This document shows, one piece after another, positions 19,901 to 34,900 of a stretch of DNA of 64,000 bases (position 1 is the first letter of the stretch; every line of letters starts with the position of its first letter). The stretch spans positions 5,658,707 through 5,722,706 of the forward strand of contig OZ037767.1 of assembly GCA_964035545.1 (NCBI GenBank). Reading direction: 5' to 3'. The notes beneath the pieces are model-generated. The model saw only the letters and a program-made list of their open reading frames with translations. It had not been told where the DNA came from and made no database searches. Both the position numbers and the translations under genes were made by a program. This DNA comes from Bugula neritina (Eukaryota > Animalia > Bryozoa).

Positions 19901-22900
19901 ACCATTATAATAGCTTAAACATTTTTTGAAATTTAATCGAGAGTCTTGAAATACAGAGTGTAATAAGCAAAAGTCTCGTAAACACTAACCTTGAGATAGC
20001 AATAATGACCATTGAGGTCTGACCCAATGTTCTAGAGACAGTTCTTGTGAAGCAAGACACCTTACAGTAGGTATTAGAGCTTGACCACAGTGCCTCCAAC
20101 TTTGAACCATACATCCACTGCACAGAATATCATCTTAAGTTTGAATAACTGCTAATAGCCGTTATTTAACAAAAACTTTCTTTTAATAATTAAAACTTCC
20201 TTATATGTTAAAGAATTATCTGTGGTGCTTTTTAAAAACCAATTTTGTAAATTTTCAAGAACAGCATTTTTAAAAAAAATAAACACTCAAATTATATGTT
20301 ATTTATGTTTGCTTATATATGTCACTAATCGCAGGTTAAAAAAGAATCATTTTATCAAGTATGTCTTTATTTAGTAGCTGCCTGCATGTACCATGCCTGA
20401 CAACTCTAAATGAATTTCTAGAAAAAAAACTTAAAGAACAATTTCTATTCAAGTAGTAATCATTCTAAAGTGTGAAACTTTTATACAACTTCACAATTAA
20501 GTATTTATAAACTAATGTAAAAGTGTGAGGAGTGCAGACATTTAAATGCAATACATTAAACACTAGTATAGTGAAACCAACAATGGTAAGCTTATCTTAT
20601 CTTTGAGAATCAATAGATAATACAAAACATAGATACAAAGTGGGAACATCAAGTCAATATGGTATATATTTATTTCTGATTTCAAAAGCTGAATATAAAA
20701 TTGTCCCATCAATAATACTTACTATAGCTCCAATTCTAACGGCAGATCTATATATATCTCCAATAGTTAGTGATATCAAGAACACATCTAGAGGCATGTG
20801 TCTTTTCTTGCGAATTCTGTATATTATGTAACATAGTTGAATAAGATTAAACAAAATCCCAAAACTTCCTACTACTGCATAGGCGACTATGAAACCTTTC
20901 TACAAAATAGAAACCAAAAGTGTAAGAAGCAAGATGGTAAAGTGTTTGCACTAGAAAGGCATTGGCAGGACATATTATCCTGAACAATGAGTACAAACGT
21001 GTAAAAAAAATCTAATAGCTCTCAACATCTTCCTCATTAGCAAAAGTGGATTGAATGCATTTGGGTCAATTAATTACTTTTCTAACCTATTGAGCAAGCA
21101 ATTTGCTTAGAAGAATGCTAAAGTTGAAATATTAAACCAATTGCAAAACTAAACAATATGGGGATGCTATAAAATTTTTAACATTATTTCAACAGTCATG
21201 GTATGCTTAGACCTAGATGAACCTTGGCTGTGATCAATTTCCCTCAAAATATTTAACCGTTTGTAACTTTGAGACTTAGTCTAATAACATAGATAATTAA
21301 TTTTTGAAGTATTTACAGTTATAATGTCAAAAAGGGGTTCCATCACATTTCTCTCAGGACTACATGAATAAATAGTTCATTTTCATACAAGGTAAGCTTT
21401 CTAAATATACTGCATGATTAACACAACACTTACCATGTCTCTATCAGGCATTATAGCTCCTCTTTCAAAGAAGATAGACTTATTTTCATAACATGGCAAA
21501 ATGTGATTTTGAAAAAAATTAAATGAATTTGGGTTATCACTACACTTCCGGAGTATTGTTTTCAGCGACGGTTCTTCTTGATCATACGAAAAATTACATG
21601 CACTTGTCATACTGAATGCTGAGATACACACGATGTGTACAAAGTTTTCTAGTGACTGTTATGAACTGCATGCATGCAACTAGCACAACGTGGATATTGC
21701 CACTAGTAAGTAGCTAATCAAACAGATAACATTAAACTATCAGTATCATTTTTAATTAAAATCATATCTAATTCAGATAAAGCTCATATGAATGATAAAA
21801 TAATCACAACTGGCATTGTAAAAGTAAAAGTATATACTAGTTTGTCACATGAGCTCTCAGTGTATATTGCTAAACAGTGTAAAAAGACACTAAAAATAGT
21901 AGGGAAACAGTAAAAAATGAAATAGCCTGCTATCACAAATTTATGTTAATAAGCAGTTAGACAAAAGGCACTAAGTGCAATTTGTGTCTAACTGCATTTA
22001 CTCTTGGCAATTGCTGGTCTTGATATTATGCAAGCTACAAATTTATTTCTCATAAAAATTACCTCAAAACAAATACCGTACTCTGTTATGCAAAATATAA
22101 TTACTTTACTGCCTTATAATATACGTTATAAAATTACTTTTCACCCATATATCTTAAAAACTTAAGCAGTGAAATAATATGCAGCAAAACTAAAACATTC
22201 GACACAAAATCTTAGTGCATTTTTATTACCTTGCTGTGAACACTAGTGGTAAGGTTTAATATTATGCAATTATGTCATTTTATTATTACTTTTTATAACA
22301 CAACATTATAAGCACAGTTCTTTTCTATAGAGTATAAGCCATCACTAACCAAACCATAATAAAAGAGCACTGTGATAGAATACGCAAAATAAGCACCCAA
22401 TATAATCTAACAACACTATACACAACTTAATACCATATGATAATACAATAACATAAAACAACAAAAGAAAATTAATAAATAATATAACAATACATTACAA
22501 TAAAACAATACAAATACATAACACAATAATATATTACTATTACATAACATAATAACACATTAGAACAACACAATACATTTAAATGATATAGTATAGTAAC
22601 ATACTACAATAATACAGCATAGTTACATAAGAGTATAATAAAATTATACAGTACAATAACATAATACAACAATATATTACAATAATACAATACAACTACA
22701 TGATATAAAATATAGTATAATAACACAATACAATTACATAATAATATAACAATAATATACCACAATAACATAACACAAAATAACAAATGATTTTCAACAC
22801 TCACTTCTGCTTTCTCCTCCACACTCATGATTCTCAGACAGTCACCATTATGGAAGTTCCAGATTTTAACAGAGCCATCCCTGCCCCCAGTAATCAGTCT

Positions 22901-25900
22901 TCTGTAAGTGTGGTCAAACGACATGGCTGTTATATCCACCACCTGGTGTCAGGAAAGACAACGTCTTATTGTCAGACAACTCCTAACTGTGTGATGCATA
23001 CATATCCTTATACTATATCATTCGCTGATGAGAAAATTGTGGAGTATACTTTAAATAACGGCAATTTTTTTCAGCACAGAAACTTATGCCTATACTCATG
23101 CAGCATCTGTACTTAACACCATTACAGATGCTACATGAGTAGAACTCAAATTATTGTTTATTGTCAACAGTCCATATTTCTATATATAAAACTGTAACAA
23201 TTATTTTCTCAATAAAGTGAAAGTTATGCGCATCTTCATACAAAATCAAAACCATGAGTAAATTGAATATACAGCTAGCTTTAGCTACACTAATTCATAC
23301 CATACATTGATAGCTAACATTCAACAAGCTATTGCCAAAAGCTTTCACAAAACTCTTACAAAAAAAGCTTTGACAGGAAAAGCTCCTGTTACAGACCTAT
23401 TATATGAAAATTTTATATAATTTACTATCCCTGTGAGAACCCCTGGTGGAAATGGAAAGGACTTATTAAGATGAGGTACAGGAGCAATTATGACTGGATG
23501 ATCTTCCTACCATCACCGATGGCCTTCACTGGGATTCAAATCTATGACTTCGTGTTTACTAGGTCAGCACTCTAACCCCCCAGACTACGGCCCTGATCTC
23601 TTTTTAACATTATATAAGAGGGCCAATTATATAGTAAGAACATTTTTAGATTCTATAAGCATGAACCGCGCCTCTGAGCAGCAAATTTTTTCATAATTTG
23701 GTCAATTTGTTTGCTACTGTAACTCACAAAACATGCTCATGCCCTAGAGTATATGATAGCTTGCAGTCCTACCATTTCCTTGTTATAGAGGGTGGTCACA
23801 TGAGCTTTATCGAACATGAGCTTCTTTTCACCAGTTGTGATATCCCAGACACATACACTAGACCCACTGCTAGCACTTACTACGAGGTCATACATGGGGT
23901 TATAGAGTATGGAGCAGATACTACTCTCATGGCTGTTGGACCTGCAAAGAAAAATCAGGAAAAACTTGGTTTAGTGACAATTTTTCAAAGTTATCTTTTC
24001 CAAATTGCTTCAACATGACTTGGACCTGGTTTATCTGCATCAATTATAGTTATGAATCAATATTAAATTTTTATTTTTAGTTATTAAATCATTAATTAAT
24101 TAAAATTTAATTTTGACATTTAATCATAACTTAAACTGGTCAAAAATTAGACAAATTAATTTTTAGAATATGCTACTTTATAAAGTTTAAAAAAGAAATT
24201 TATTATTTTTGAAATCTTTCAACTGGGGTTGTATACCAGTTTCTTCATTATGCACAGTACATCTAATTGAAGATAAAATAGTTTAGCTCTTTGCCTCACT
24301 TACTTCTTTGTGTCTTCACTTTCTAAATCCGGAATAAATAAGTTGAGATCTGTTGTTCCGACTATAAGTACTTGACTGTAGTTGTTAAAGAAGGCGGAGC
24401 TTATTGCTTTGTAGCCAATCTGCTTGGGGAAACTTCTAGAAGGTATAGTCTGAACTAAAAATAGAATAAAACCAGTAACTAGAAGCTAGAAAATGATGAC
24501 AAGTGCCGGAATTTCCAAAAGGTACTTTGTTTTGAGCATTCTGAATAGACAATATACACATACACTATTGTCTACCTCCAAAGCTGATTTGCTTTTATAA
24601 AAGAGTAAAAAATGAAACAAACATGGAATGGGTCATTTTACTTAATTTAGTACACACTGAAATCTTTATTTTTTAGCTATTTTTCACAATTTAGCTGGTA
24701 ATAAACATGGCTTTTTGCTAAAACTAATAAAACACTAATAAATATACCAAAACAATTAAGGTTCTTCTTAATTTTGCTTGATTTCCCATGTTTTTTCTTA
24801 TATATATATAGCTTATTAGGAGTGAGGACCGTTACGAAAAAACCGTAACGGCCGCAACCAAAAGTAGCTGAATAATTAGGAAAAAACATGGGAAATGAAG
24901 CAAAACTAAAAATAACTTTGATTATTTAGGTGTATTTATTAGTGTTTTACTAGTTTTGGCCAAAAAACCCGTGTCTATTAGCAGTTAAATTGTGAAAAAT
25001 AGCTAAAAACTGAAGATATCCAGTCTGTACTAAATTAAGTAAAATGACCGGAATGCAATCAAACGCCAGAATGCTAATCATGTAAAAAAGTATTTTGATG
25101 TAATGACACTAAATTACATTTAGGAGCAGTAGTGGAGAAATTGAGATAGCCTCAGTTCTTTAATTTTATTAAATTTTTGTTTAGGGCGCGGGTTGAATTT
25201 CCTGTTACACCTCTAATCTAGAACACAGGCTTTTTTCTCAATTTTTCCATTACTGTCGACCAAAACATGGCTCACCCAAGGTCTGATCTTTCAGACTGAA
25301 CACAGAGACATTTTTGTCTCTGCTGATGGAGATACAGAGATCTCTCTCGTTGTTCACCATCAGATGGAGTACAGCACTGGTTCCCTTCAGTCTGAATATT
25401 GGTCCTGTGTTGATGAACGGATTCCATCCTCTTATGTTCTGCTCTATTCCACCACAGATCAGGATATTCTGTTTCTGAAAGCAAAATGGAACCCCATCAG
25501 TGGAAAGAAAACTCACAAAATTGATGTTACATGAGCCAGCAATTTTGAAACTATGGTAGTAAACTAGATAAAAAAAGTGTCTCTACTTATAAGGCTTAAA
25601 CTGCTCTCCATTCTAATCTAAATTTAGTATGTACTGTTTTAGGTGTCAAGAAACGCCTAGCTCTCCAATTTATTTCAAAAGCCATATTTTTAACATTATA
25701 TGTACTTCTAAGAACCTTTCACCTTTTATTACAGAGTGTGTGGTGAGTAAATGCATCAACTAATACACTATCAACTCTTATTGAAGTCAAACAATTTTAC
25801 TATTTACTAGGTGCATCAAATGGTAACTTCATTAGAACTATTATCTTAAATCTACTGCTAAAACATAAAAACTCTAATATATAGATATTTGAATTGTAGA

Positions 25901-28900
25901 ATAACCAGATAATAATTTTTTATTTGTTACACAAAGTAACTGAAAAATACATAATTATAGTAACTCCAATAACTAAAATGGCCCACTAATATTGATATCC
26001 TACATATATATAAAATATGTTCATCGACAAATAAATAAACTATAATAAACTGTGAATATTTTACAAATATATTCCAGTATATCAAATTGTATGTCACTAT
26101 GAATATTAATCATACACTTACTTTGCTATAGTCAAAGCAGACAACTCCTTTACTGACTACAAAGTATTTACTCTTGAGGTCATGCATTGAGGTCAAGGCC
26201 ATAGCAGTGCTGGTCTCACAACACGCACTCACTACTGAGTCTAACTCTGGTAGGTACTGTATAGAGCGCACCCAGTCTAAGTGCAACCTCTTCACTTTCT
26301 GTACCTACTTTTCCAAACGAATCTTTCTATAAGCAGCTCGGAGTTGGGGTGACAGAGTGCAGTATTTTGGGACAGTTTGGAGTTGGGAGTTTGGGGTTAA
26401 AGTTGGAACTTCAAACCTCAACTATATACTCGAGGCTCCAAACTACTGCACTCAGTCACTCCCAACTCAGGACTGCTTATAGATAATTTGCTTCCAAGCA
26501 GAGATATGAGTCATTAGCTTTATACAGTAAAAATAGCTGCAGTACAGTTTAGCTGCAATTTGAAGTTGTTTGCACAATGCTATGTTTCCAAACGTTTCAA
26601 ATTTATGCCTCTATTCTCTTAAACTTTAAAGTCTAACACTGCAAAAAGTAATTTTTTCTTAAGTAATGAAAAACAGTTTGATTTAAACTAAAAATAAGTG
26701 TAAACAATTTTAGTTTTCTTCTTTGTTTACTCTCAATGTTAGACAATCAGCTACAGATATGTCAAGAGTGTAAGCCACATTCAGGGTTATGTTCTCATGT
26801 TAAACTTGAACATTCAAGCATGTCATGTGCCCTGTTGTCAATTATATAATAACAATGTGTAACCGAAATCTAATGCGTTGTTGTAAAATTCATCTTCCTA
26901 TGTTTACAAGTAGACTTGAACTTACATGGTAGTGGTTTCTGTGTCCAAACTGAATGTCAAGGACAAACTGCTTCATGGTAATTCGCTTCTGACTAGCCAC
27001 TCCATTGAACAAACTTCCGGCTAAGCATTTCCAGAAAGTGAGGATATAAATATTACCCCCTGTATCGCCCCAGAACAGTCTGGCCTGTCGAATAACATAA
27101 TAATCACAATGAAGCTCAGGAAACTAAGTTTTTCCGTTAGTTCATCATTATTATGCATTGAGAGAGAATATCATTGAAGGTAATTAAGAATTGACACAAA
27201 TATCTAATCTATTAATAATAGAGAAAAAATTTAAACATCAAGCTTAACTTATTAATTATCCCAGCTTTGTTATATGGTTGCTTTTTCATAAGACAATGAT
27301 TATAAATGCCTGTCATAAATCATAAATGATATAAAAATGAATAAAGACCAATAAATTATTATAATATATTCTAAAAGCAAAATCTGCCAATTTATGTAAG
27401 CCAAAATATTCTTCTTTGATTATTGATTAATTATCAAAACAACAAAATTATTGTAATAATAAAATGAGTGATTCAACAAGGCGACATCAAGTCATTGAAG
27501 GCACAACTATAAATATTATATAAGATACTTTTTTCTCTGATCTTGTAATCTGAAGGACCCTTGACATGCTCATAAAAGAAGGCTGGATAATTTAATAACT
27601 AAGGTTCATAAAATATTATCATATCCAATCAAAGAAAGCAAGTGAAGACATTAGCCAATCAGAGAACAGAAACTCGCTATTACTAAAGTAACTAAATACG
27701 AGATCAAGATGCAGACGTTAATCAAGCAGACGTAACGATATAATGATCGCGCGCAGTCAACTATAGCTAGTCCAGTGAGAATACACTATACCGCGTGAGG
27801 AGATTAACGTGTTTGGTGCAGACTTTATGTAGATGAACTTAATATCTGATCATTATTTACATTCTGCAACTTGACTGGTGCCAGTAAATTAAAACTCTGT
27901 CCATTAACTTTTCAACTGCCTTGGGATCGGGACATCAATATTGGTAATATATACTCTACTACTGTACGGTTATTATGAAGATGAGGGTCAAAGTTCTTTT
28001 AATCTTGTACCTATTTTATGGAGCTATGTGTGGAGGTAAGTTTCATTTTACTATTATTTAACAATTTAAGTCGAATTGTCAGAGAGTTGTAAATTTGGAT
28101 TACTAAAATTTACGCTAATCTCACCATCAGCAAATTATTGGTATTTTCCTTCATAAGTTACCAGAGTTAATTTCTAATTAAAAATAACAATAACTCTGCA
28201 GCATAGGAGCAGAACTTGGTAATATACATACAGATCTGAAAAAATTATGAAATAGGTAAATAGTTTTATTGCAGAATTGAGCAGTTTTATTTAGAACCAC
28301 TGCATGTGACGAGAATCTAATTGTTGGGAACTTAGTCTAAAAATTACAGAGTAACCAAGTGGATCAGTAATGCCGCACATCCTGTAAGGAAATTCGCCTC
28401 AAATGAAAAGCCAAACATGGACTTTAGATTTGTTCTTCACTGATTGATGTAGTTGACGTAAGTGCTGAGTGTTCTACTGTGCAAGCAGGCTGTCGGCCGA
28501 ATGAACATAAATGACTACTAATCAAAATTCCGCATTTAAAAGTAAAGTTAAAAGTTAAATACCCAATAGGTATTACAGTACGGTGCACAAAGTCTAACTG
28601 TACGTTCAGCATGTTAAATTGTTAGTTTGGTAGGCATGCGATGTGTAAAAAGTAATCTTCTTTCAATAGATTGATTTTCAAAGAGATTTCAAAAGGTTTA
28701 ATTGTGTAATAGATTAATAAAGACCACCAACCATGCGAGTGTACTTCCTTAGAGAAATAAATAATATTGTGTGTATGCAACAATTAGTCTATTGCTAAAC
28801 TCTAAGAACAATGAATATATCCAGCTTTTAATTAGCTGCATACTTTTCAATTCTACTTTTACATTTCAGTTGGCAATAAAACAGAAATGAATGCCTAAGT

Positions 28901-31900
28901 GATATTATATAATGTTGAAGTTTGTAACTAATTATCAAAACCATGTTGATCTTATTTTCACACCCTAACAAAACAAAATAGCATTTTGAAATATTATAAG
29001 CAAACAAAAGGGAGGAAAACATCTGGAAACTAGCAGACTGAAGGGGGACAATAAGTCACACTTTAATGTTGACTCAACATAAATCCCATTCTAATTTACA
29101 TATTTACAACAAATATAGTTGACTTTCATGGCTGATTCGTGACAGAATGTTTAGGTCTTGTAACCACAAACTCCAAGAGAGTATAACCTAATCCAGTCCA
29201 TATTTGCATGCTACACACTTAAGCTACACTGACTATACTGCAAAGATAATCTTATTAAAACCAAACCAAGATTCTCATCTCTCTGTGAACTGTAATTCCA
29301 GACAATGGCAAACAGAGCCGATTTCAAATTTCTATGGAAACAAAGCAGCTAGTCTTGGGGAAGGCTCATCTGTATTTAATGTCAATGTTTGCTTCAGGTT
29401 TAAACTTAAATCCATTATTTGGTGTATGGTCATACTTTGATGTTTATTCTCTTAGTAGGTAAACACCAAACATTATAGCATAGCCAGTCTGATGCAGATT
29501 TTCAGTTGCTTAGAGTTTAAGTTTATAGTGTTCCTACCTTGTTTTAATTCATTAAACAGAGCGAGAGCTATTTCTAGAACTAGAGCTATGTCATAGAGCA
29601 ACCATGTGCCTCTGTAGCCGTGTTGACTAAACCTGTTCCAATTAATATATTAAATATTTATAAAAAATCAACACAATACTACGAAAGCTTATCAAAAGAC
29701 ATTATCAATTGATATTTTTGACTTTTAATCACAAAATATCTTACAATCAAAACATTCATTGCATCGCTTTACATAACACGTTTTCACATATTTAATGTTT
29801 TGATATTACCATAAAATAAAGAGCATGTATTACAAAGTCTATAAAATAATAATCTCAACCTATCTTAGAAATTAGCATAAAAAGAGGTAAAACCACATAA
29901 TATTTTAAGGTTTATTTAGTGATAAGGTGAAGTCAAGAGGCACAAACATATTAGGGGGGATAATTACAGAGAGCATGTGCCTTGCGTATGTTGCTAATTA
30001 GTCTTCATTTCCCTATCATCACTTTCCTACTGATGTTAATTTCAACTAATTACACATGTAAACACAGCCAGTGCAAAACCATACGATACATGTCTGCTGG
30101 AACCACATCTTTAATAATGAATAATTAGTTTTAATTTTATTGTGCATTTAGAATAATTAGCAAGATGTCAACATCAGCTAGCTATTGGTAAAATTTCAAA
30201 ATCATCTGCTCCCATTACCTATTGATTAGAGTCAGTTTTGGCTTGTAGAAAACATGGAGGCTAGTGAACAAAGTGAAAATAGTAATTAAAAGAATAGAAG
30301 AAATGCCTTGTTTTAAAACTGTAGCTAATGTTGCTAAACATCTGAAGCCAAACAAATGCTACTGAAGCACATCTCAATGTAGCTATAATTATAATATAGG
30401 AAATCCCGTTCTAAATGACTCCACTTGTAATTGCAAACATAAGCATGCCTAGTCTATTTATAAACTACTCAAGAACAATAAACAATGCACAATGTAGAAA
30501 CAGTCATAACGTATCCTATACAATAACAAGGCATTTGCCTGTGAGTCAGAATTTATCTCAACCATTTCCACCACCCTACAATGTGGCATTGCTTTAGTTT
30601 CCAGTTTAGATTTACTCTCTTAGTTTGAGGTTTCATTAAACAAGGTGATGTGAAAACAGAAATTAGTGCAAGAATAAAGCACTCTCTGAAATAGCACGTA
30701 TTTCATACCCTGATAGCCAGCTGCAAATAACTCTGTATGTTTGGTAAACATATATCTAACTGTGTTTTATTATAGTTGCCGAAAGTCACGGGTTTGAGAA
30801 GATGAATGCTGACTTTCATGTTCCTATCTACTTTGACTTTTTAACAAGCTCTACGCTGGTACTGAGTCAGGGCACAAGCCTCTCTTTGGTAGAGTTAAAC
30901 ACTGGATTGATTATGCCGCTGGTGGGATCAGAGACGGCAGGTGGTTACGTGGATGGTGAGAGTAAGGAGGCAAGATTCGCTGACATCACAGATGTGGTGG
31001 TACAAGGTGAGTGTGAGGCTCAGCATGCATTAGATTTCACTTTCCAAGTAAATTAAACAAAATGGATTTTAATCGAGAAAAAAAGCAGTAAGAGTGGAAA
31101 GCTTCTAGAAATGCTAAATCGCTGAAGTTTTAAATTTAGTTTAGCCATAGAAAGAGCTTCTGGAAATTGCTATTTCCAGCAGTGGCGTGGGTTGATAACA
31201 CAGATAATGGGTTTAAACAGGGTTAACAGATGAGCAAGGGTAACAGGCCTGTATGGTTATGCAGATATCTATATATAAAATACAAGACATAAATAAAGCA
31301 GCATTCTAGCTGTATGGTTCACCAGCCAAATACTTCCAGTTCATTCACTTCTAGAAAGGCATTGGCAGGGGATTCTACACCTTGCAAGCCTCCCCACCTT
31401 GCTTGTATCATGTGAAACAATTTTGAAATGCTTAGCATTTCAGCTGTTAACAAAGGTTATATACCTAACTTCACAATCATTTTATATTTCAGAGTAAAAT
31501 GTAGAGTTTGATTCATTATTTAAAGCAAATAATGATAAATGGTATTATAGTATTATATTGTATACGTGTCATAAACTAGTAAATGTGCTATATGAAACTG
31601 GTTTGAAAGTAAACAAATATATCATTATCATGCTGCATATAATCTACAATAAACTTTACCCACAGACCGGACTGGGTTCAAGCTACTCTGTGAGAAAATA
31701 CAATGCTGAATCAACTTATATTATGAAAAACCAAATATTAAATTACGATTAATAGCTAAAATAGAAGATTGGGATGAAACTAGGTAGGCAAATTTTTTTA
31801 CTACACTAAGCTTTTCTATGAGAAGTGCTAGCAAATGTAATGATAACTATTACTATTAGCACATCCTAACCACATAAAACTGAGCCAATAAAATTATATA

Positions 31901-34900
31901 TTCTATTATATAACTGTTTTGGCTTTCCAAGAGCTGGGTGGGCAGCAACTGCAGCTCTTGTTGACTGCTTCCCTATTTTATTAGCAGACACACTAATTGG
32001 ATAATAAAGAATAAATATTATCATAGCTATGATTGCTTAGGCTACACCAGAATGCAAGGTACTTTACTGAGCCAAAGGAGTTATAAGGCATTTTATATAA
32101 TTAATTTTTGTGGACTTTTACACTGGTTTACAATAAAATTTGTAGCGTTCAATTTTTATCTAGCTAAAAATTATAGATTCTATTGAACTAATTAGCATAC
32201 ACTGTGCATAAATATGTTTAATAGCCAGGTTAAGCTTGCAAAACATCATAATTTCTGAGTTCTTGCATTTAGAATAGCATCTGCTTTACAAGAATTGGTA
32301 TTTGTCAAGAACGAATTAAAAGTTAATATTCTCAAATGTAATCTCTTTATTTTAAATTAGAACACAAGAATATCTTATAGGTTTTAAAGTTTTGGCTAGT
32401 GTAGGTCTCTACTTTGAATCCAGCTGAATAAGCTAAATTTCAATTAACTTACTCGAGGCTCTGTGATGCTACGACCACCATGCAAGTATAGGCTAATGTT
32501 TTGGCATTTCATAACAATATTATTTTTAATATGAATTACACAATCTAGAGGGTAAAAGCAAGCAATCCAATTTATTTCAAGTACTGATGTGTATGCAACA
32601 AGAGTAGCACTTGAGTATCACATGTTAGTAAATACTAATAAGATAGTAGAATAGTTTAGCATATAATATGTTACCCTACTAACTGCAAATATAAGTATAG
32701 TTTTGTGTGCATGTTCAAGTACACTGCCTATGTCTAATCAAAGAATTGTTTGTATCAACAGTTGCCAGAAGCTTAGGGGTGCTGGGCAGCAGTTAGCATG
32801 CTGCTTATACAGCTAGGGTAGCGTAGCAGGCAGCATTGACATCTGCTGTTAATATATCACAGAAAGGATATATCAATCACCTGAATTATGTTTCATTATT
32901 CACGCTAGCCAATCTACACACAACCTATAATTGTCATTGTTGTTTTTCTAGTGGTCTTTACAATTTCAAGTACCAAGACACAAGCACCCATAGAGTCTCC
33001 ATAGAGATTGTGTAAAACAATTATTTTTGCTAAGCATTCCCTTACATGATTAATAAGCATATTATGTTATGCAAATTAAGCTATAGTGCAGTAAAGGTAA
33101 CATTTTAATATGAATACATGTTAGGCTGGCATGTGCTACATATCTCACCTTTCTACTGATAAGTTAAAAAACTAGTCTACAGTTTTTGTCACATTTTAAA
33201 GAAGCTAGCTACAGTTCAGCATAGAAGATTTTGCGTAGCCTATTTTGTTGTTGTTAAGTTGAAAACAACAGACTGCCAAAGTTTTAAATCAATTATCAGA
33301 GAAATGTATTTACCAACTAGTTATTGAATAATTAGTTATTGGGAAAAATGTTATACTGATTGAATATGATTTCCTGTACAAATCGTAGACTCTAATGTGG
33401 CATGTATTCAATCGCTCTGAACAAACTATTGGGTTTCATTAGAACTGTGATACACACATAAGAGTTTTTCCTAAGCTTACAACGGAGCCTGGAGTTGGAC
33501 TTATTTAAACTTATTTCCTAAATCATTCTGTGGGAGGAAATAAGAAATAAGTTAAATAGATCATCCAATTAAGAAATTTGTAAACATTTACAGTAATGCA
33601 AATCAGAGCAGCAACAGAAATATCAAATACTGCCTATCCAATAATCATGTTTCAATGGTTATGATGCACTGATGGGCAAATGCCACATGCATATAATTTG
33701 CTATAACGCCATTGTTACAAAACAGTGAAAAATAAGTGCTTGATACAATACCAGCACCCAGTCTGTTATATAATTATAACATTTACCTCTATTACAACAG
33801 CTGTAGCCGAGAAATACCTCCATTGAATAAAATGGAGGAGAAACAATACAATGGAGATAAAAGTGTACATTAATTATTTAAATTCACATTTTGACAGCCT
33901 GATATGCAGAACTAAGGCAAGATGAATTATTGAGTCTTTAAAAAATAGATTTCGTATTGACATTAGCACTGGGTGATTGCATAATAAACAGCTCTGTACA
34001 GATAGTAGATGGAAGTTCACTGCTGAGTCAACATCAGGCATTATTCTGAGGTAAACAAATGTGGAGATCCTTCCAGCTGTATTCAAGTGATAAACACTAC
34101 TACTTCACTGAAATGCAGACTAGATTCTGAGATTTCTTAACTCAAAGTGAGCCCTACAGTCCCTTTCAGACAAAAACTCTCACCAAACAACATCCATTTA
34201 ATGAGCTGACGATGAAAATTGAAAATCATTTTTTCAACAAATTCTAATGATTATCAGTGATTTGAGTCAGTCATCCTATTTCCCCATTACTTTCTGTTGT
34301 ATTATACATTTCACGGTACTTATAGAAACAGCTTTTTAAATATATTCAAAAACTCATATGATCAGAGCAGCTTTAAATATTCTCGTGAAGCAAAGAGTTA
34401 TAGTTGGCAATTGGAGACCTATAATGAAATTGATAGAAACATTGTGTACTGATTGTAAAGATGTTAGTTTTGATCAATATTGACAGTCATTTACTGTGAT
34501 TTGTCATACAACTTTTAACAAAAGATATATAATTTTTATTATGTGTCACTATATTATTATTATTATGGTGTACCTTAAACCTGCATAAAAATAATTCAAG
34601 AAAAATATTGAAACAGTGTGGATTATATAATTTCTGAAATGTAATATAATATACAAATTATATTGTTGACATCCTTTGATTTCATCCAGATAATATTACA
34701 CTGGAATTCTCACAATTTTATTGTCATTTTTATTAACTTATATAAGGATTAGCCTAAAATTATTATTTTAAAGTGATTTCACGCATGCATTGTTTAAGCA
34801 GTTGATAGATTCATATTTTGATAGTCACAAAATACGATCTACTTGGAGACCATTCAGTGTTCAGTCCACTAGTTTAACTCTGCATTTATTATTCACTGCC

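Noticed and set aside
22604-22804. Hydrophobic ORF extension looking like TM helices (also 52123-52323)
   Set aside because: Read-through past clear donors into simple-repeat intron sequence.
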